DNA of 16,805 bases, taken from Octopus sinensis. Taxonomy: Eukaryota. Of this stretch, positions 9,571-16,805 are shown in pieces. The notes below the pieces were generated by a model, which was given only the letters and a program-made list of their open reading frames with translations, did not search any database and was not told where the DNA came from. Position 1 is the first letter of the stretch; each line of letters begins with the position of its first letter. The position numbers were made by a program, and so were the translations under genes. The DNA lies in contig NW_021825072.1 of NCBI RefSeq assembly GCF_006345805.1, forward strand, positions 1-16,805, read 5' to 3'.

Positions 9571-9873
9571 ATGATGATGATGATGATGATGAAAAACAAA
9601 GGAAAATAAACAGAAGAACGATGGAACGTGACAAGTAGCCTCAATCAAAATATCATTTGAAAATAAATGGATGTCATATCGAAATGTCATGAGGAAAACG
9701 ATATCTCTTATCGCATTACTGTTGTTGATGGCGATATGAAAATTCTGGTAAAATATTTAAATATAAATATATCTTCCTATTTAAATACAACAAATAACAG
9801 CAAAAACAACAACACCACGAATAACAAGCGAAGAGATAAAAGTTAAATGAGTATAAAGGATATAGGAAGTTTC

Positions 9874-10294
9874 GGATCTTTTCGGTTTGAACGACAGTTT
9901 TTTAAAATAATTTCCACGTAACTAAACACTTTTAAACTTCGTATACTGCTAGAATGTGTTTATAAAACATCTTTTTCTCTTGGCTTTATTGAGAAAATTC
10001 TATAGTTTGTAAGATATTTGTTGTTGTTTTTTCTTCAATTTCTGCAATTTCAACCAATCAATATCGTCTATTGAGGTAAAAAAAAACATTCTGTGCCGTA
10101 TGAAAATGTCCCTCGTTTACGAAACAGATTGGCTTTATTTACATTTGTGAAGAAAAAATGATACCTTTCACCCCACCCCACCCCTAACCCTAAAACAGAT
10201 TGAAATGCAATAGATCGATACTAGGGTCATAATTATGGGTGACAATTTCATATGACACCGCTAGAAAAAACTGCCGGTCAAACCGAAAAGATCC
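9874..10294 (+). mobile_element. MITE copy 2 (Merlin-like), 8-bp TSD with one mismatch
   Basis: Same TIRs and body as copy 1; flanks GAAGTTTC (9866-9873) and CAAGTTTC (10295-10302). Confidence 0.92.
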
Positions 10295-10515
10295 CAAGTT
10301 TCTAAATGGAAGATAGGCGTGCTAGAAATTACAAGTAAATTTCTATTTAAGCCTAAGCTATTGAATTGAATAATGGAAGGCCATTGGGAGCTATGGTGGG
10401 TCAGGGAATGTATTTGGATACAAGTAAATCAAAAAGACAAAGAGGAGAGTTGGTTGAATTGATAGCACGTTGGGGGAAAATAGTTAGTGGAATATATTCC
10501 CCCCTGTTTAATTAC

Positions 10516-10620
10516 TTCCGAGGTCAAGTCTGCTTTTCATTTCTTCAAGGTTGAGAAAACAAAGGCCGAAACAAGTACTGGATTCGATTGTAATAGACTT
10601 CTTCCCCTTCCCTCAAAAGT
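10516..10620 (+). mobile_element. Highly diverged SINE family A fragment
   Basis: gaggtcaagtctgcttttcatttcttc...agtactggattcgattgtaatagactt resembles the family body and tail. Confidence 0.55.
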
Positions 10621-10867
10621 GCTGACTTTTACCTCTGCAACGGATGGGCGGCCTATTCAGTACAAGTTACCCATGGGAACTGGGTAACTTGTACTCTGAG
10701 TTCTTAGGCTTAAGAAAGAAAATTAAAACAACAAAACATGGTAGCTTGCTATAACGCAATTCATCTTTTCTGCTGAGTGGGGACCAGCATAAATAAATAA
10801 ATAAATAGATGAATAATCGTGGGATTTGTCTAACTGGAGCAAGAATAAGCTAGAAATAAATAATTTT

Positions 10868-11278
10868 GGATCTTTTCGGTTTGAACGGCAGATTTTTCTA
10901 GCGGTGTCATATGAAATTGTCACCCATAATTATGACCCTAGTATCGATCTATTGCATTTCAATCTGTTTTAGGGTTAGGGTTTGGGTTAGGGGTGGGGGA
11001 AGGGTACCTTTTTTCTTCACAAATGTTAATAAACCCAATCTGTTTCTTAAACGAGGGACATATTCATACGGCACAGAATGTTTTCACCTCAATAGATTGG
11101 TTGAAATTTCAGAAATTGAAGACAAAAAACAACAAATATCTTACAAACTATAGAATTTTCTCAATAAAGCCAAGAGAAAAAGATGTTTTATAAACACATT
11201 CTACCAGTATACAAAGTTTAAATTTTTTTAGTTACCTAGAAATCATGTTAACAACTGCCGTTCAAACCGAAAAGATCC
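10868..11278 (-). mobile_element. MITE copy 3 (Merlin-like), inverted, perfect 8-bp TSD
   Basis: TIRs at both ends; ATAATTTT at 10860-10867 and 11279-11286; internal TTAGGG repeats at ~10970-10992. Confidence 0.93.
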
Positions 11279-11352
11279 ATAATTTTTAATCACATTACAT
11301 TACATCACATCATAGGGTCTCATAAATAGAAAAAAGAAATAATGATTTCAAA

Positions 11353-11548
11353 GTTTGGCACAAGGCCAGCAATTGTTGGGGATAAGTCGATTACAACGAT
11401 CCCCAGAGCTCAACTGGTACTTATTTTATCGACTTTCAAAGAATAAAAGTTAAAGTCGACTTCGGAGGAAGTTGAACTCAGAACATAAAGCCGGACGAAA
11501 TGAAGCTGCGCATTTTCACCGACGTGCTAACGATTCGGCCAACTCACC
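11353..11548 (-). mobile_element. SINE family A, diverged
   Basis: tttggcacaaggcc...ggggataagtcgatt...gttgaactcagaac...gtgctaacgattc. Confidence 0.82.
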
Positions 11549-11591
11549 GAAAAAAAGTACTGGATCCGATGTAATAGACTTCTTCCCCTTC

Positions 11592-11780
11592 TTTTACATG
11601 TTTCTGTCAATTGACTGCGGCCATGATGAAGCACTGTCCTGAAGGGTCTTATTCGAACCACTGATTTTACGGAAACGAAAACACATTAACACCAGTGGGG
11701 TGACAAACACAGACACAAAGACATACACATAGATACACACACACACATATGTACACACACACACACACACACACAAACAT

Positions 11781-11800
<20 letters not shown>
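11592..11800 (-). mobile_element. SINE family B 3' part, diverged
   Basis: ttgactgcggccatgatgaagcac and gacaaacacagacacaaagacatacac followed by (CA)n. Confidence 0.65.
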
Positions 11801-11821
<21 letters not shown>

Positions 11822-11904
11822 ACAATTTAATAAATAAAACATATGCATATATACATACATATATGTACATACCTACATCTATATGTATATATACATGCAT
11901 ATAT

Positions 11905-12076
11905 GAGTACAGGACACCACAAATAAACGTAGAACACAACGAGAAACGAAAACATAAAGTCAAACAAGGAAACGGACTTTTTGGTAACAACGAAAAAACA
12001 GAGTACAGGACAAACAATACAAGGAAAATTCCCCTTCATCAGCTGCCCCTGGTTCGACTCAATGCGTGTTTCGAAG
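11905..12076 (-). mobile_element. Possible Penelope-like repeat fragment with hammerhead core motifs
   Basis: Minus strand has CTTCGAAAC (12076-12068) and CTGATGAAGGGG (12042-12031); internal direct repeat gagtacaggaca. Family assignment is inference. Confidence 0.35.
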
Positions 12077-12191
12077 ATATATATATATATATATAATTAA
12101 TCAATATAGGGTGGCAAAAGATTTTGTAGAATTTTTTTGCCACCAGCGGCCTAGTGGGAAAAAATTAAATAGTCATAGACCATTTTTAAGT

Positions 12192-12461
12192 TCAACATCA
12201 CAATCAAGGAACGGCCATAATAGGCCATTCACCCACTAGAAATAACAGCCAAAGCTTCAACCGCAAAATAACATTAATTCCGTAAACCAGGAGAAAATTA
12301 AAAAACATTTACCCTGTAATTTCTTATAAGAAATTACAGGGTAAATGTTTTTTAATTTTCTCCTGGTTTACGGAATTAATGTTATTTTGCGGTTGAAGCT
12401 TTGGCTGTTATTTCTAGTGGGTGAATGGCCTATTATGGCCGTTCCTTGATTGTGATGTTGA
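12192..12461. repeat. Perfect 270-bp palindrome (135-bp arms, no spacer)
   Basis: Centre TTCTTA|TAAGAA at 12326/12327; arms compared by eye with no mismatch until the right arm meets (TA)n. Confidence 0.96.
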
Positions 12462-12498
12462 TATATATATATATATATATATATAAACATGGTCTTAT

Positions 12499-12637
12499 TT
12501 TCAGTTTCCGTCTACTAAATCCACTCACAAGGTTTTAGTCGGCTCGCGGCTTTTGTAGAAGACACCTGCCCGAAGTGCCACGCAGTGGGACTGAACCCGG
12601 AACCATGTGGCTGGGTAGCAAGCCGCTTATCACACGG
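12499..12637 (-). mobile_element. SINE family B 5' part
   Basis: tcagtttccgtctactaaatccactcacaagg...gtgggactgaacccggaaccatgtgg. Confidence 0.85.
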
Positions 12638-12657
12638 TCGGATGATATTATTTTCCA

Positions 12658-13219
12658 AGGCGGCAAGCTGGCAGAATCGTTAGCACGCCGGGCAAAATGC
12701 CTAGCAGTATTTTGTCTGTCGTTACGTTCTGAGTTCAAATTCCGCCGAGGTTGACTTTGCCTTTCATCCTTTCGGGGGTCGATAAATAAAGTACCAATTT
12801 CGCACTGGGGTCGATGTAATCGACTTAATCCCTTTGTCTGTCCTTGTTTGTCCCCTCTGTGTTTAGCCCCTTGTGGGTAGTAAAGAAATAGATAAATTAA
12901 GTACCAGTTACGCACTGGGGTCGATGTAATCGACTTAATCCCTTTGTCTGTCCTTGTTTGTCCTCTCTGTGTTTAGCCCCTTGTGGGTAGTAAAGAAATA
13001 GATAAATTAAGTACCAGTTACGCACTGGGGTCGATGTAATCGACTTAATCCCTTTGTCTGTCCTTGTTTGTCCTCTCTGTGTTTAGCCCCTTGTGGGTAG
13101 TAAAGAAATAGATAAATTAAGTACCAATTTCGCACTGGGGTCGATGTAATCGACTTAATCCCTTTGTCTGTCCTTGTTTGTCCCCTCTGTGTTTAGCCCC
13201 TTGTGGGTAATAAAAAAAC
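12658..13219 (+). mobile_element. SINE family A with its 3' 110 bp present as four tandem copies; 13-bp TSD
   Basis: GTACCA at 12791/12901/13011/13121 (period 110); TSD ATATTATTTTCCA at 12645-12657 and 13220-13232. Confidence 0.93.
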
Positions 13220-13433
13220 ATATTATTTTCCACTGAGACGTTAGAACTGTATCTGATTGTTAAAGTGCTTCAGTTCTGTGTATGTACATAATATTTGCTT
13301 TGTTGCTGACATGGTTGCTGGTTGCTCGCATTGCTTTGATAAACCATTCTCTACCATTCATAAATCTGTCTGCCGTTTTTTTTTTGACGACACGGTCACG
13401 TCAATAAATATTATTCTTTTATGCTTTGACTAG

Positions 13434-13704
13434 TTTCTATTATTTAACTGCGGCCATGCTGTAGCACCACCTTAGAGTGTCTTAGTCGACGAAATCGACG
13501 CCAGGACTTATTCTGTGTAAGCCTAGTACATAATGTATCGTTTTGTTTTGCCGTTAATGTAAAGGGGACGTAAACACACCAACACCGGTTATCAAGTTTT
13601 GGTGAGGGGGGAACGCAGATACAAACACACACACACATAAATACACGCACACACACACTCACACACACACACACCATAAGTATACGACGGGCTTCTTTCA
13701 GTTT
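13434..13704 (-). mobile_element. SINE family B, 5'-truncated
   Basis: aactgcggccatgctgtagcaccacc...ccaggacttattct...gtaaacacacc...tatacgacgggcttctttcagtt. Confidence 0.85.
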
Positions 13705-13849
13705 TACCTATCAATTCCATCCTGTATATGAGTGTGTTTCAAAAATATTTGCGTTGGTGTACAGGTGTGTGTAAATTAGTGCACGAGAGTGTAAGAACCC
13801 GGTAAAGTCGCTCTCGAGTGTAGTGAACATGAAAATATTGAACCAATAT

Positions 13850-13921
13850 AAACATGTGGACTATTGGTTAGAATTCTTCACGTTCACCCAGGAGGCCCGG
13901 GTTCGATTCTGGACATGGGAA
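13850..13921 (+). pseudogene. tRNA-Glu(TTC) pseudogene
   Basis: 72 nt, ungapped against the conserved animal tRNA-Glu(TTC) as recalled; ttcacccaggaggcccgggttcgatt...catgggaa intact, anticodon TTC at 13883-13885; 5' acceptor and anticodon-stem strands mutated; no CCA; T5 at 13931-13935. Confidence 0.8.
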
Positions 13922-14149
13922 CGCATACTCTTTTTCCTAAATAATTGACTTGTAGTCTCATTTAAATACTTTAGTGTTACATAACAATTATTTGAAATTT
14001 TATTTATTCCTTACTGATAGAGTTCTAGCATGGCCAAAGCTGTGACGTATAAATCACTACAAGAATAACAGAATACGCATACAACATATACACACACATA
14101 CGCGTCTACATGTATGTACGTTCGGTTTATATACACGTGGATGTGTAAG

Positions 14150-14222
14150 GGATATATAAACTATATACATATATATATGCATACATACATAGCATATACA
14201 TAGATATACTTTTACGTGCATT

Positions 14223-14277
<55 letters not shown>

Positions 14278-14479
14278 ATATGTATATATGTACATTTATA
14301 TATATATATACATTTATATAAATATATATACGTATATATATATATATGTATATATATACGTATGTATATATATATATATAATATAATTATATATTATATA
14401 TATACGTATGTAGATATATATATATTATATATATATATATATATTATATAGTATGTATATACATATTATATATATATAC

Positions 14480-14534
<55 letters not shown>

Positions 14535-15500
14535 GCACATATGTATATGTATCGCTTACTCTCACTCCCTCACTCGCTCTCTCCCTATAAATTTCGAGAA
14601 GCAGTTATCTATATTATTATTTGTGTGGGTTTATTTTCAAATATCTACTTATGTATATGTGCACGTTTGTATACATACGCACATACATACATACATACAT
14701 ACATGCATACATACATACATACATACATACATGCATACATACATACATACATGCATACATACATACATACATACATGCATATATACATACATACATACAT
14801 ACATGCATACATACATACATACATACATACATACATACATGCATACATACATACATACATACATACATACATACATGCATACATACATACATACATACAT
14901 ACATGCATACATACATACATACATGCATATATACATACATACATACATATATACACTCATGCATGCATATATACACTCATACATGCATATATATATTATA
15001 TATACACATCTATGTATATCTATCTATCTATCTAATCTATCTATCTATATATATATATATATATATTCATATATATACATTAATACAAATGTCTTCATAC
15101 TTATACTTATTTATGAATGTATATGCGTTTAGATATATATGTGTATGTATATCTGTATTTAATGTACGATATATGCTAAATACGTATATACGTATATGCA
15201 TATAGTTTTACATATAAAATTACTTGAGTATACATACATATATATATATATATGTATGTATATACATATGCATATATATATTTATATATGTATATATATA
15301 TGTATGTATAATATATATATATATATTGTATATATAGTATGTATGTATATATATATATATATACTATATATATATATATATATATATCTATATATTATAT
15401 ATATATATATATATATATGTAAATATATATCTATCTATATAATATATATATTTATATATAGAAACACATACGTATATAAATACGTATGCACTTATGTATG
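14150..15500. repeat. Large microsatellite block: (TA)n, (TACA)n (~14680-14990), (TATC)n
   Basis: Seen directly; explains all ORFs in this interval. Confidence 0.96.
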
Positions 15501-15974
15501 TATATCTTTATAAATCAACGGTCTATTATGAATTTATTTCACTTGATATTCGTATAAACCAATAAAAGCTCGAGATAATCTATTCAAAAGATCGATTTAC
15601 AATAGCAGATTAACAACGAATGCCAGAATATTGATTTCAAAAAATCGGAACAATGTCATCAATGTTTTATTTCGGGTGGGGGTGGGGCGGAGGGTGTATA
15701 TATATAGGAAATAATCGATGGTATCAAATTTCTTTTATTTATTGGAAGTATATTTTATCACCTCCCCAGTTGTAGAAAACCCAGATGTTACCTAGGAAGG
15801 GCTTGAACGCAAAATGTAAATTTTATGATGCTGTATATATGATATTTTTGCTCAACCAAAAACTGTTCTTCACACTGTTTTCAAATTTGAAATTATGAGG
15901 AACACTACGCGAGGAAAGAGGTCGCTTAAATAAATACGTGGATGGTTATTACCGGCAAAATATATGTTTCATAT

Positions 15975-16270
15975 GATATAAATAAATAATAAAGTTATGT
16001 GTGTATGTATGCATATACATACATACATACATACATATATATACATATGTACATAGATACATATATATATTACATATATATTATATATATATATATATAT
16101 ATAGATATATATAATATATATATATATACATACACATATATATATACATATGTATATATATATATATATACATAAACACACACACACACCCATATATACA
16201 TGTATGTATACATTCAAGGTATGACTATATATGTATATGTATATATAATCATATACACGCACATAAACAC

Positions 16271-16334
<64 letters not shown>

Positions 16335-16415
16335 GTCTGTCTGTCTGTGTATCTATCTATCTATCTATCTACCTAGCTCTCTCTCTCCCTCGATATATAT
16401 ATATATATATATATA
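15975..16415. repeat. (TA)n/(TACA)n/(TATC)n/(TGTC)n microsatellite block
   Basis: Seen directly; (TATC)n at ~16272-16332. Confidence 0.95.
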
Positions 16416-16547
16416 TTAGTTTCAGCTCAGAGCTGCGGCCATGCTGATACACCGCAGTTTTGTACTACACTATTATTACTAAGAGCCTCCTCTAATATGT
16501 GGCACTTTGTATATATGTATATAGTATACGCATACACTTTGACTTAG

Positions 16548-16740
16548 ATATTATAAACCCGAACATACTCATAGAGAGAGAAATTAGAGAGAAGTTGATA
16601 GCTATTGATACCATCAAAGCTGAATTTGGTTGTTTGAGTTGCGCCGTAATGTTCCTCTTAGGAGTTAAGTACCCCGCACAAAAACCGGTAAAAATGATTT
16701 CGACTAACAAAATAATAATTGCTTTCGAATATGTATATTA
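16548..16740 (+). CDS. Candidate internal coding exon, product unknown
   Basis: TTTGACTTAG acceptor (AG 16546-16547), stop-free frame IINPNILIERE...IIIAFEYVY, consensus donor GTAAGT at 16741. No recognised homology; weak polypyrimidine tract. Confidence 0.3.
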
Positions 16741-16805
16741 GTAAGTATTGCGTACGTTCAGACTGCAACGGACATAAAAAAAAATCGACGGTCTATATAG
16801 AAATA

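Noticed and set aside
12170-12225. Minus-strand peptide WPFLDCDVELKNG resembling the Penelope RT PFLD motif
   Set aside because: Only ~17 codons between stops and no downstream YRK motif; chance cannot be excluded.
12781-13219. Regular repeat array as possible CRISPR
   Set aside because: Units are near-identical over their whole length with no unique spacers, derive from a SINE tail, and the context is eukaryotic.

Overview
AT-rich, microsatellite-dense eukaryotic non-coding DNA with no intact recognisable gene. The repeat landscape (long (TA)n/(CA)n/(TACA)n/(CAT)n tracts and three recurring tRNA-headed SINE families) resembles an octopus/coleoid cephalopod genome; this is inference from pattern recognition, not a database match. 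Nearly all listed ORFs are translations of microsatellites or SINEs. The window holds many SINE copies (working names A, B, C), some nested and with clear target-site duplications (TSDs). It also has three copies of a ~410-445 bp MITE with GG-terminated ~30 bp TIRs, 8-bp TSDs and an internal (CCCTAA)n tract (Merlin-like). A decayed L1/Tx1-clade LINE (endonuclease motifs) is preceded by three ~143 bp monomers with conserved hairpins. Other elements: a tRNA-Glu(TTC) pseudogene, a perfect 270-bp spacerless palindrome, a 4 x 110 bp SINE-tail array, several hammerhead-core-like motifs (one matching the minimal Penelope type) and one candidate coding exon near the right end. I do not see a convincing novel multi-gene system; the leads are RNA-structure and mobile-element observations.
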